A stretch of 63,594 nucleotides of DNA, counting the filler, from Collodictyon triciliatum (taxonomy: Eukaryota), in the NCBI GenBank assembly GCA_043381765.1. It is 5 parts of 5 records of this genome, joined end to end, with 100 filler letters (N's around TTAATTAATTAA, not from the genome) between each part and the next. Parts side by side here need not be neighbours in the genome. Positions count along the whole stretch, not along the records: positions 1 to 15,376 come from JBHJMP010001336.1; 4 more parts are not named here. One strand, given 5' to 3'. Below the pieces are notes generated by a model, which worked only from the letters and a program-made list of their open reading frames with translations, made no database searches and was not told where the DNA came from. Within the stretch, counting starts at the first letter, position 1. Every line of letters begins with the position of its first letter. Made by a program: the position numbers and the translations under genes. This document shows positions 1-11,592 of the stretch, piece after piece.

Positions 1-74
<74 letters not shown>

Positions 75-312
75 AAGGACAAAGAAAACAAAAAGAACAC
101 GGCATGACTGGAAATGAACAAAGTAATCGGGTGTCCCTACGCGCTTATGTTAAAAGAGCCGCACGCCCACAAGAATTTTTGCTTACTTTCTTGATATTTC
201 CCATCAGCCCGTGATTTTCAACACGATTGCTTTTTGTAATGCTTTACTATCCATAGAGAAAGAAGAAAAGTCAAAGAGAGTCGGGAGGGAAAAGAAACGG
301 GATGGGATTCGT

Positions 313-3300
313 CTAGATGCCCGAGTAGGTGGAGCGCTTGTTGCGGATGGCGTAGAAGGCGCCGGCAGCAGCGACAGTGGTGACGCCGAGTCCGACAGAA
401 AGCCCGATGATGAGCGCTGCAGTGAAGAGAGATGTGAGATGTAAGATGTGACATGTGACATGTGGGAGACAGCAAAATCCCAATAATGCTGAAAGTGGGG
501 CTCTGATTATCATCACGAATTGCTGCAGACACAAGCGAGACGCTTGTGAGGGCGGGATTTGATTGCAGTACCGAGGCTGTCGTCATCATCGTCCTCATCT
601 TCGCTATCATCGTCGTCGTTGTTGTCGGCAGGTGCGTCCTCAAAGTCGAATGAGAATGGCTCGGAAAGGGATGCACCGTTCAGAACAGCCTGCATGGGTG
701 TGATGATGGGTGTGATGATGAGTGTGATGACGAATGTGATGATGAATGTGATGATGGGTGTGATGATGGGTGCGATGATGAAATACGCACAACATATTTA
801 TCTCCGTCCTTGATGATAGACGACGAGAGAGTAGAGAGGCCACTGGGCTTCAGGTCGCGGTCAGTGAGGCCGTAGAACACAATCTTTTCGATGGGGTTGT
901 TTACGCTGTGGGAGGGTCACCGGTGGTAGAGAAATGGTAGAAGAGAAAGAAGAGGAAGAATAACTAAAAGGGCACGTATATATCATACATAATCTGTGCT
1001 ATGAATTGTGTATATAGTGAAAGCGGAATGAGAGCCCTGCGAGTCTGCAAACAAAGAGACAAACTCACACATATGAGCCAACGGACGAGCTTGTGACACT
1101 GAATGTAGTTTCGGAGGTGCGTCGGAACGTGAATGTAAACAGCTTCGAGTTTTCTGCGGTGTGCAATATGAAGGTGTGAGTCATCAGTATTGTTGTGTGC
1201 AGTACTTTTTCTTTCGCTGTCGGTGGTCAATGTGGTGCTTGGTTGGATAAGAGATTGGATGGGCTGATATGTTCAAAGGCAATCAAAGAAAAGCCAGAGG
1301 AGTAGAAGAGGTTTGGTGATTATCGTGATTATTTGTTGTTCTCACCTTCTGATACTTCAAGAGCTAATCCGTCATCTACATAAAGTTCGCCAGCTGCAAA
1401 TCCAGAAGAGTTCTGTCAAATAAAAGACAAAAGACAAAAGACAAAAGACAAAAGACAAAAGACAAAAGACAAAAGACAAAAGACAAAAGACAAAAGACAA
1501 AAGACAAAAGACAAAAGACAAAAGGGATAAATCACTCACAGAATACTGAGGTGTTGCGACCGACGGCGATGGCCAGAGTGTAGTTCAGCTTGCGGGCTTC
1601 GATAGAGTTGAGTGCTATTAACGCAGATTTGTTAGCCGCAGTGTATATGAAAAGTACAGTCTTTTGGGTGAGTAAATAGAGTGATTCAGCATTTCATAAT
1701 ACCAAAATATGCGGGAATGAGATTGTACCCTCTTGCTGAAGAACGACGATGGAGGCTTCGCGAATGTGGACTGTGGAAGGATGCAATTAAAAGTTAGCCA
1801 TCAAATTAGCTTCGAAAGAACTCATAATACTGCTCTTGGTTGCCTGTACAAAAGTGCCTATCTCTATGAAAGAAACAGAATTTCGTTTCATAGAGGGAAT
1901 ATAGATACTCATATTTCTTTATAAACTCACTGGGGATTTTCGACAGGGGTGCGTCCAGCACAATATTTTGACCACGTTCACCCTGAGGATATATCGGATA
2001 AGTACAATACGAAAGGAGATATAGAATTGGGATGATGTGGTTCGTTGAGACGAATATGGTGTGTATAACGTGTATAGTTGTTATCGGTTGGTATGATAGG
2101 TAATGGCTAGCTGTAATGACAGGATATGTATATGATATATAGATGAGACAGTTTATACCGTGGAAGTGACAGCGCCCGTGTACCAGTCATAGTAGGCATG
2201 GCCAGCAGGGAAATAGCCAGTGACTCGCACAGCTCCCTGGGTAACGACTGGTGTAACCTTTGAGCAACGTTTTTTTTTATTTTTGAGTGCTTGTACAAAG
2301 GTCACATTAAATAAGTGTAGCAGGTTGTGTATTTTTTTTTCCTTTATTCGATTCAAAGTAACAGGTTATGTATAATTATGTATGATCAATCAAGACAAAA
2401 TAAATAGGAACACTAAAAGAACCAAGGGTGGTCGAAAATGTTCAAATAAAATTAAAGAAACTCACAAGGATATTCTCGTTGACCATGAATTGGCTGTCGA
2501 TGTCCCATGTGAACTGTGTGCATTCAAGTTGAGTATGTGAAAATCTTCGTAGGCCACATGATTGAAATTGTAGCATAAATAAACAGGAGGAAAAAGGTAA
2601 AATATATTCATGAAGTAGTTCAATCTATCGTTCAGAATGTGTCCAATTTGTCACCTTGTCTTCTGGGTAGTTGAAGAAGAGTGGGCGAACCATGGTTCCT
2701 CCGTTCTTGTGGACCTTGTAGAGAGAAGTGTAGAAGTATGGCAGCATTTGGTAGCGAACTGCAGTGATTTCAGTTAATGAATAAAGATACCAAGGCAATT
2801 TCATGTTAACAGAGGCAAGTAGTTCGCAAAACTAAAAGAAAATAAAAGCTCCTTTACAGCGGGAATAAGTATTACAGTTTATGTGATTCAGTAAAGTTAA
2901 CACACAGTTTGATCACGTAGGAGGGCATAATGTCATTAGCATGAAAACTCACTGATGATGGAGTTGCGATTGATATTAGTCGCTTCGTCATCAAAGACAT
3001 AGGGCTCCTTCAATCAGAAGACGAGAAATGCGGTGAGTAAAATTCGTTTGTCATTTCGATAAATGAAAATGAGTACAGTTGATGGCGCATTTAAGGTGAC
3101 GATAGATATATGTTAGGCTGTATGTGCATGATGTGGTCGCAATTCATACTTGGGCAGGCTCTCCAATAGCGTTNNNNNNNNNNNNNNNNNNNNNNNNNNN
3201 NNNNNNNNNNNNNNNNNNNNNNNNNNNNNNNNNNNNNNNNNNNNNNNNNNNNNNNNNNNNNNNNNNNNNNNNNNNNNNNNNNNNNNNNNNNNNNNNNNNN

Positions 3301-6300
3301 NNNNNNNNNNNNNNNNNNNNNNNNNNNNNNNNNNNNNNNNNNNNNNNNNNNNNNNNNNNNNNNNNNNNNNNNNNNNNNNNNNNNNNNNNNNNNNNNNNNN
3401 NNNNNNNNNNNNNNNNNNNNNNNNNNNNNNNNNNNNNNNNNNNNNNNNNNNNNNNNNNNNNNNNNNNNNNNNNNNNNNNNNNNNNNNNNNNNNNNNNNNN
3501 NNNNNNNNNNNNNNNNNNNNNNNNNNNNNNNNNNNNNNNNNNNNNNNNNNNNNNNNNNNNNNNNNNNNNNNNNNNNNNNNNNNNNNNNNNNNNNNNNNNN
3601 NNNNNNNNNNNNNNNNNNNNNNNNNNNNNNNNNNNNNNNNNNNNNNNNNNNNNNNNNNNNNNNNNNNNNNNNNNNNNNCGGAGGCTTACCTCTCATTGTC
3701 GCCCAGCCAGTGGCCTGCATAACGGCCAGTACCAGGGAATGTAGCACGTGTAATGACAGCAGATCTCTCAAAAAAGAGCTCTTCGTAGGATGACTTTGTG
3801 ACTTTTGACTCAAAGTGTCCATACATGTTGTGGAGGTCGTATTCGATTCCGAGGTAGTACTTCGACTCCATGTCTAGCAAATGGAAATATTAGTCGCATG
3901 TATCTCGATGAAGAAATAGAAACTGAATAGAATGAGGTTTTAAGGGGTCGATGTGTTTTTTTTTTCCCCCTTTTATTCGATTCAAAAAGGGGTTGATTTG
4001 TTAGATATAAATATATATATATATTCTTACGCAGAGAGGTTCTATCAAGACGAGCTCCAGAAGTGTCATTACGGCCGGGACGAGAGTTATAATCACCTGC
4101 GAATGATGACAATATCCGAATGAGTTTTTCTGTCGGCTGTTTTTTTTCTTAAAAAGAGTACGGTGTAGTGTGAAATGTTTTAGTCTTGTAAAGCACAAGT
4201 ATCGCTAACCTGGAAAATATTCGGAAACGTCGTTATATTTGCTTGGAGGATATTTTTCCTATGATATATAAAGTGGTTGTGATTTAGAGACTGGATGAGT
4301 ATGTTAGTAGGTTGATAAACTCAAGGTATTCTATACAAAGTGAAATGTTGTGACTTACAGAACAATCGCAGTTGAAGAGGGATGGGTTTATCTCTTCGAA
4401 GGCAACGTTCACTTTGCATCGACCATCGCAGAAGGAGGCAATCTAAAAACACATAAGTTATGATATACACATATTCTTAAAGATAAAATAGCTCATTGGT
4501 GCGGAGGAAATATATGCGTCTACCCAGGTATTCATAATAGTGATAATATAGAATAAGGGACAGGATTGTTCGCAGAAGTGCTCAAACCTCATTCATGTCG
4601 ATCCACATTCCGCCATATTCAACGATATTATGGAATTCTAAAGTGAATGATTGGATGAATTTAGTGCCGTGATGAGGCTGTCGTGTTATTTTACTCTCAA
4701 GACTCCAGGGAACAGGGAATCCTGGTATTCATAGAGTTTTTGTTAAATTAAGATGACGCTAAATGTAATATGTACTCTCCAAGTGGAATTTCCAGAATGC
4801 GACAGTATCAGGGTTGGTAAAATCAGGGAATGCGGTGGCTCGAGGCCAAACCTGATAAGGGAATATATAGATGTATCAATCACGATGTCTCTGCGGATTA
4901 TATTCGAACGCGTGCATGGTAGATCATATTTATATAGCGGGAAGACGGACCTTTCCAAGGGATGGGAGAGAGCTATCGAGTGGGTCCTTCACATAGATTC
5001 CTCGAGCCAAGCCGTCTTCGTAAATGTCATATCCTGCCTCAACCTTCACTCCAGGGTCGACTAAAGAGTAGATAAAGGCAGCATTTAACAAGAAGGCTGT
5101 GTAAAACGGTATATAGACCTTATTCCATGGTTAAGCCCAAAGGGGACTCACTGATCAAAAACAGGCGCTTGGATTGTTCCTTCAGGTCTTGGGAGAAGGC
5201 ATAGAACTGCTCTTGAGGATAGTTAACAGGGTCAGTGGTGAAGATCTTGTAGCGGTCCATATAGTCAATGTCAACCCACATCGAGTCCAAGGGAAGCTGT
5301 ATGAATCCAGTGTGCAGATATTTATTTTAGAGTTCCGCAAATTAGCGCTTTAGATAGTATGAGGTTCATTGGAATTTGTTATGAAGGTTTATTTTAAAAA
5401 AAAAATCTCTGTAAATTGGAAAGTGACTGAATACAAACATTGTATCTGTTGAAGTTATTCACGACTTCTTCGACTTCAGCAATGTTCTTGTATCCATAGC
5501 GGCATTGGTGGAACCCAAGAATCCAGTAAGGGTGCTATGCGCCGTTTAATGCTTCATTACCAAGTAATTCAATAACAAGACGGCATGATTCTATCCGAAG
5601 ACGTGTTTCTAAACTTACAAGGCGAGCATGTCCAATGACATCGTGATACTGGCGAATAGCTTGCTCAGAGTCTGGGCCGACGAACACATAGAGATCAATC
5701 ACACCGCCTATTCAAGATAAAGTTTATGGTAAATGTCAACTTAGGGAATACAACAAAGTCGAGAGAGTCGTACAAGAAATTCATGGGCAAGCGTGTTCTG
5801 CGAAATGACTGAGAGGCGTTAGGATAGTATGAGCCTACCAACAGTCTTGAAGGTAAGGCTAGGAGTCCCTGTGCTGGTGAGGACAACATCCATAGCATTG
5901 CTGTTCAGTAGCAAAACGGCGTGAGAGCCGGATGTGCGCTTTTCAAGGTAAAAGGGCTGGCTTCCGTACAGCGGCAACTATGCAATTAGGACTGTTGATA
6001 AGTAGATCATACTTTATCTTTTTCCCCTTTATTCGATTCAAAGTGAAGTAGGCCATACTTTATACATATATGTATAGAAATATGTATAGGACTTATAGAG
6101 AACGGAGAAGGGAATGAAAGATGAACAAGGAGCAGTACCAATTCAGGGGTTGGGTGGTCGGTGTTGAAGAGAGTGTATGTGCGTTCGGTGTTGAGACGAA
6201 GTCTTTCGACGCGTTCACCAAGGCCGTAGATGTATGGGTCCTGATGAGATATTGGTGATATGATTGAGACTAGGATAAAAAAAATTGAGACTGGGATATT

Positions 6301-7381
6301 CATATATTGAATAGAATCCTTCGAGCCTTCCAGAGACCGAGCTGCAGGGGGAATTAAGATAGTGCGGTTGTTTTCCATAGTGACTGTACCTTGTCAGTCT
6401 TTGTTCCGATTTCGATGTATTGGTCATGGAAGACGAGCGAGGTAGACTCAAAGACAACAACCTTGTTCGCTGCATTAAATACAAGTGAGTGACAACGGTC
6501 TGGAAAACATTTTAGGACATTAATTCAGTAAAAGCGGGCCAGCTTGGTTAAGTCATTATAGTAAGGATGAAAAGAGTTCAGAATATAAGACTTTTGAAAG
6601 AATATAGGTGAAGAGAGAAAATAACAAAAGGAAGGGAGGGAGGGAGACGAAAAGAGGACATTAGAAGATGCGGAAACGGGAGAATTACATTTGCGGGTGA
6701 CGGTGATCTTGAACGGTATCGTCTCAACAGAAACGTCATAGTCCAAAGATTCCGGAATATCGACCGGGTCTTCCTTGATGATAACGTCGGGCACTTCCCA
6801 GCGCTGGTTGTTTGGGTCCGTGATTTTGAAGTGGAATGTGTTGGACGAGTGGTACACGGCAGTCAAAAGAAGAGGCGAAATGGCCCTGCACAAAGGAGGG
6901 GAAGTCAGTGGCCGAGCCAGAAGGCGGAGGCTTAGTCAGCCCTGAAACAGCAAGAGGCCTCTCGAAGCAGAAAGACTGCATCTCTTCGTGTCTGAGTCAA
7001 GTAAAGGGAGGAGGAAGGATAGGGAGAGAAAAAACTGGGAGCCAGCTAGGTCGTGCATATTCACTTAGTAGGAAGAAGTCTCTGGTGTTGTCCAGCTGTA
7101 ATATCCAGCAAGAGAATACGGAGAGAAGAGAAAGGGAATAAAAGGTAAAAAAAAATAAAAAAAAAAAAGAAATGAAAATGAAAATGAAAAGACAGAAGCT
7201 ATAGCAAAAGGAATCAAGGGACCGAAACTCACGCAGGATCGTCACCCACAGAGACGAGGGTGGCCACAAAGCCATTGCGAGTGATAGTAGTGTCCTGCGC
7301 GTTGTATTGCGCGGCTGCGACGCAGGAAGCAAACAGCACAAAGGCTGCTGCGATGCTCAAACGCTGCATCCGATGCTGCAT
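313..7381 (-). CDS. Glycoside hydrolase family 31 alpha-glucosidase (lysosomal alpha-glucosidase/maltase-like), multi-exon, with signal peptide and C-terminal TM anchor; interrupted by N gap 3174-3678
   Basis: Spliced minus-strand translation gives the GH31 nucleophile motif GGMWIDMNE (~4588-4615), the acid/base region AGHWLGDN (~3692-3720), FLGFHQCRYGY, LPLDSMWVDIDYMD, YDLHNMYG and YGLGER. N-terminus MQRLSIAAAFVLFASCVAAA (ATG 7369, or in-frame 7381). Last exon ALIIGLSVGLGVTTVAAAGAFYAIRNKRSTYSGI*. Confidence 0.93.
1425..1523. repeat. (GACAAAA)n intronic repeat
   Basis: Direct reading. Other simple repeats: (ATT)n 26572-26664, 31312-31417, 37735-37845 and ~40300-40408; (TTTTTC)n 27579-27686; (AAAAG)n 44692-44790; (TTGTA)n 50310-50420; poly(T) 17088-17139 and 21618-21688. 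Confidence 0.95.
2321..2373 (-). mobile_element. Micro retro-insertion, family A (insert 2333-2361), with ~12-bp TSD, in GH31 intron
   Basis: caggttgtgtat [t-run cctttattcgattcaaagtaa] caggttatgtat; TSD has 1 mismatch. Confidence 0.75.
3942..4002 (-). mobile_element. Micro retro-insertion, family A (insert 3958-3986), with 16-bp TSD, in GH31 intron
   Basis: aaggggtcgatgtgtt [t-run cccccttttattcgattcaaa] aaggggttgatttgtt; 2 mismatches. Confidence 0.75.
6000..6063 (-). mobile_element. Micro retro-insertion, family A (insert 6018-6045), with 18-bp TSD, in GH31 intron
   Basis: aagtagatcatactttat [ctttttcccctttattcgattcaaagtg] aagtaggccatactttat; 2 mismatches. Confidence 0.78.
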
Positions 7382-8399
7382 AAGGGATAAGTTTGTCTTT
7401 AGAACAGGTTCTTATTGATTTGATCTCATGCTTCCAACAGCCCCTCAGGCTTCAAGTTTGACGCCAACGTTTTTGTTTATTTGTTTGTTAATTTGTTAAC
7501 AAGTTAATTAGTTTTTGTAAAGAGTGATTCCGCCATAAGGCCAAACGTCTGGCTACAGAAGAAGACGAGTGCCTGTGATTTCCAAGCAGAAGAAAAAGAG
7601 CTGTTCTGAATGGAAACAAGATGAGCCATGGAAGGAACACGAGAAAGCGCCTTTGTTAGAGGGACGCTCCATTCCACCGTGGCTTCGTAATTGCCCTTGG
7701 CGCCCACTTTGGCAAAAGAGACAGGTGTTTGTATATTGCGAATGGCTTCGACCGTCCAACTGCGCTTTCGGCGCGACGAACAGGCATCGTCTGTTTGCAT
7801 GGACAGAACTTTAGACTCCTCTTTAAATCCCTCGCTCTTGTGCGGAAATTGTGTTAATATACACGCTCGGCGCGAATAGTCAACAGACTTTGGAATATCG
7901 GCGCAATGCTCCGTTCTTGTGCGAGAAAGGCTGTTGGGTACGAGTGGCCGAATTCGCGCGGTTTTGCAGATAGCGGCCGCCACAAGGGCATATTCGAGTG
8001 TGATTGTGTGGGTGGTAAATAAGAAAGTAAGACAACCGATTATGTGATGAAAACTATGTTAAAAATGTAGTAATATTTTGAATTAGGTTGTCTATAATTG
8101 TGTAATATTAAGAGTGAAATTATGCAGATGGTTCAGCGCGATGAATTCCGTGGTGGCTCAGAGATGACGTTGCTAGGCGATTGCATAGGTCAGGGGTCAT
8201 TGCTATAGTGTCAGTGTTCTACTATGCATATTATTCTAATTATTAGTTTTATCTAATGGATTAAAATATGAACTTATATAGTTACAATAGAAGCAAAAAT
8301 GTTTTTTATAATTAAATTCCACAAATATGAATTCTTGGCTTGGAACGATCTGCCAATTTCACGCTGGGTTTTTTTTATGCTTTTTTTCTCTCTGCATCA

Positions 8400-10799
8400 A
8401 TGACAGATCAGACTGGTCTTCGCAAAACAACAAGCAGTACGCGCAACACACTACGCAGAAATGGACCTACTCGACAAGAGCGAATTACTGCAGGTGAAAG
8501 CAACTTAGTTTGCATAATTAATTAATTAGTCTATATTCAATTTTGCAGTGACTTTTTTTGCCGAATGGAACTTTTTTTTTTATACCAACGCTCCTCTTTT
8601 ACTTATGTTATTTTAGTCCTTTATATATAAAACACATCAATAGGATGGTTTAATGTTGGTTGTTACATCTTTGAATCGAATATAGGAAAAAAATGTTGGT
8701 TGTTACATATACCATTTCTTTGTTTGGACGAGTCATTTTTATACCCAACGTGCAGGTTCGCTGTCTCATCGGGGCCTCCTCTGTTCTCTCGATACTTGGC
8801 TCATCCTTCATATTGGCAACCTACTATTTTTTCCCCAGAGTTCGTTCTTTTCCTGTCAAATTGCTCTCAATGCTCTCAGTGTCAGATCTCTTTGTTTCTG
8901 GGTTCCACTTTTCTAGTGTTCCATTCTACTCTGATTATGATCGACTGCCATCTGTTTTAGCTTGCCAGATCCAGGTTTTGATATATGAAAATCTATTCAT
9001 ACTTAGATATTGATTTATCATTATTTTACTACTATCATCGTCAATTTCATAATCATAGACATTATCATTTAAATTGTGAAAATGAATCAAATATGCACAT
9101 GCTCATTCAATCTTAAGCTATTATTCACTTTTCTCAATTAATCTGATTCGCCATATCTCTTCTCTTTTATCGATGGGAAGTGAGATTTTTTCTTTAAAAA
9201 AAGCATTCTTTAAAGGGGGCCGGAATCCAGTTTTTTAGCCTGGCTGCGTTTTGTTGGTCCTTTTCCATAAGTGTTACAGCATATTTGGTAAGAACCGTTG
9301 ATTATCTAAAATACTTTTCACCCTAAATTATTAGGCGATTGATGGGCGGGTCTTGTCTCTTAAGCCCATAGATTTCATTGCACAATATAATATCCTACTT
9401 TAGGTTGTTGTGAAAAAGGTCGTTGAAATATCAGAGTACGAAAAATATTATCATTTGTTTTGTTGGGGTTTACCGACAGCGACCCTTATACCACTGGTAG
9501 TTCGATATCCTGACATGGGTCCCAATTGGTGAACTTTTTTTTTTTTGTTCAATCTCGACTTTAATCCACATGTGATGTATTTTGATTCATAATTTTTATT
9601 TAATCTTTAATAGTACAGTTATGGATATCAAAACTGGATACATTAGATTTTCAGCACATATAACGAAATACTTACCATCATAATAATATGTGATTTGTTA
9701 TTTTAATTTTTAAAAGTGGTATAATTATACTTAAATTTAGGTGCTGGGTTGGGTTTGAAGGGAATGATGTAAGATTTGCCTTATCGTATGTTCCTGCAAT
9801 CATTTTGCTTCTACTTAGCATTCTGTTTTATGGATTCACTCTTTTCAGAGTCTTTAAGAGGAGAAAGAAAATGGAATTGTGAGCTTTTGTCATTTGCAAA
9901 CGAAATATCACGCCACTATGTTAGTTTCCTTTAAAATCGATTACCAACAGTGAAGTTAAAGAAATGCGATATTACACCTAAACATGTTGGCATCCATGCT
10001 ATTTTCAACATCAAACAGGGAATCACAAAAATATATACCGAGGATGCAGGCACCCATTAATGCTAAGGCGGAAGCATATAAATACCTTGGTACGAGAGTG
10101 GCATTTAGGCTGTCTCTTTATGTCATTATTTTTGTTGTCTGCTGGATTTGGGCCGTTGTCAACCGACTCCATGTTGCGATATACGATGTACGTTTGATCA
10201 CCAATATTTCTAACGGAAGCACGAAGTAACACATTACTATGGAATATGGACCCTAATATCATCATCCCTTTCTTTGATTCCCTGTAAAAGTATTTGCTTT
10301 ATGCTAACTCTAGCTTTCCATCAATCTCCCTTTTCCGATAGACAAAACCAGAGTATGTACTTTTCGCTCTTCAAGCGTGGTTTACCCCATTACAAGGTCT
10401 TTTAAATGCGATAGTATATGGATATAACAAACAAGTCAGAAAGGTAATTTTAACATTGTTTTTCATATTTTTTATACTTAAAATAGTTAACATTATTATT
10501 TACATAGACATATTTCATTTCCAGAAAAGTTCATGTCTGAGAGATATTTCATATGTCATGGAGTCAATAAAATGTAACAAAAAAACACAAACAAACAAAA
10601 ATAGGTGTACAGAGACCATTTTCAAAGTGTTAGGGACGAGAAAGAAAAGAAAAGGGAAAAACCTCAGCAAAAAATTAGACCAGAAATATATGTCTATGTT
10701 TCTTCAGATGACGAGGAATGTAGTACGCCTATTAGAACAGATTCTACATATTCAATTTATCAAACTGAACGACCTCTTTCTGATAACGAGGGTGTGTGA
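8400..10799 (+). CDS. cAMP-receptor-like 7TM GPCR (Dictyostelium cAR/Crl, plant GCR1-like family), multi-exon
   Basis: Exons give SVLSILGSSFILATYYFF...LLSMLSVSDL, CQIQ-GAGIQFFSLAAFCWSFSIS, EKYYHLFCWGLP, W-CWV, FRLSLYVIIFVVCWIWAVVNR and FTPLQGLLNAIVYG, typical of this family. The exon-1 assignment is less certain. Confidence 0.88.
8652..8708 (+). mobile_element. Micro retro-insertion, family A (insert 8669-8691), with perfect 17-bp TSD, in GPCR intron 1
   Basis: aatgttggttgttacat [ctttgaatcgaatataggaaaaa] aatgttggttgttacat. Confidence 0.88.
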
Positions 10800-11071
10800 T
10801 GTAATGTAGTAGGGGTTATGAAGCTGAATATCTCAAAAATAATCATGGATATTCAAGCTCAATGATTTCCATCAATTTACCTTGTCACTTTCTTTGGATT
10901 CTTAGAGGAAAAGACCAACCAAACTTATGAGCTGCAGATACTCCAACAAATGGAAACATAGAATAAAACACCAAATTAAAATCGTATTATGTATGAATTT
11001 TATTCTCATTCAGTGCCACCAACCGAGGCCTCGGATGGCTTAGAGTTTTGGAATCTGGCTTGCTTCTAAAA

Positions 11072-11375
11072 AAATCAATAATCAATAATCAATAATCAAT
11101 AATCAATAATCAATAATCAATAATCAATAATCAATAATCAATAATCAATAATCAAAATCAATAATCAATAATCAATAATCAATAATCAATAATCAATAAT
11201 CAAAATCAATAATCAAAATCAATAAAAAATCAAGAATAAAAAATCAAGAATAAAAAATCAAGAATAAAAAAAATCAAGAATAAAAAAATCAAGAATAAAA
11301 AAATCAAGAATAAAAAAATCAAGAATAAAAAAATCAAGAATAAAAAAATCAAGAATAAAAAAATCAAGAATAAAA
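11072..11375. repeat. Tandem repeats (AATCAAT)n followed by (AAGAATAAAAAAATC)n
   Basis: 7-bp and 14-16-bp unit arrays, read directly, between convergent genes. Confidence 0.95.
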
Positions 11376-11592
11376 AGAAAATTCTTTAGTCTGCATATAA
11401 GGAATACTATGTTCGCAAATGTGTTAATTTGTATTTTTTTTATTTTATGTCTCTGGCCTAGACACAATCAAAAATCTGAATGATAGAAAAGAAAAAGGAA
11501 GATTTTTCTAACCTCCTGAAACTGGAGCTCTTGACGCTTCGCTCTCTCCTTTTCTTGTTCTAGTAAAATCATTTGCATTTATCATTAGTATC

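Noticed and set aside
640-843. His-rich or Met-rich ORFs
   Set aside because: Translation of a 12-bp minisatellite inside a GH31 intron.
7504-7983. 159-aa ORF between GH31 and the GPCR
   Set aside because: Non-ATG start and no recognisable motif; more likely a GC-richer divergent promoter region.
8669-8691. ATTCGATTC core of the micro-inserts as a tRNA B-box or tRNA-derived SINE
   Set aside because: The match is on the strand opposite the poly(A) sense, there is no A-box or cloverleaf, and the sequence is explained as a LINE 3' UTR terminus.
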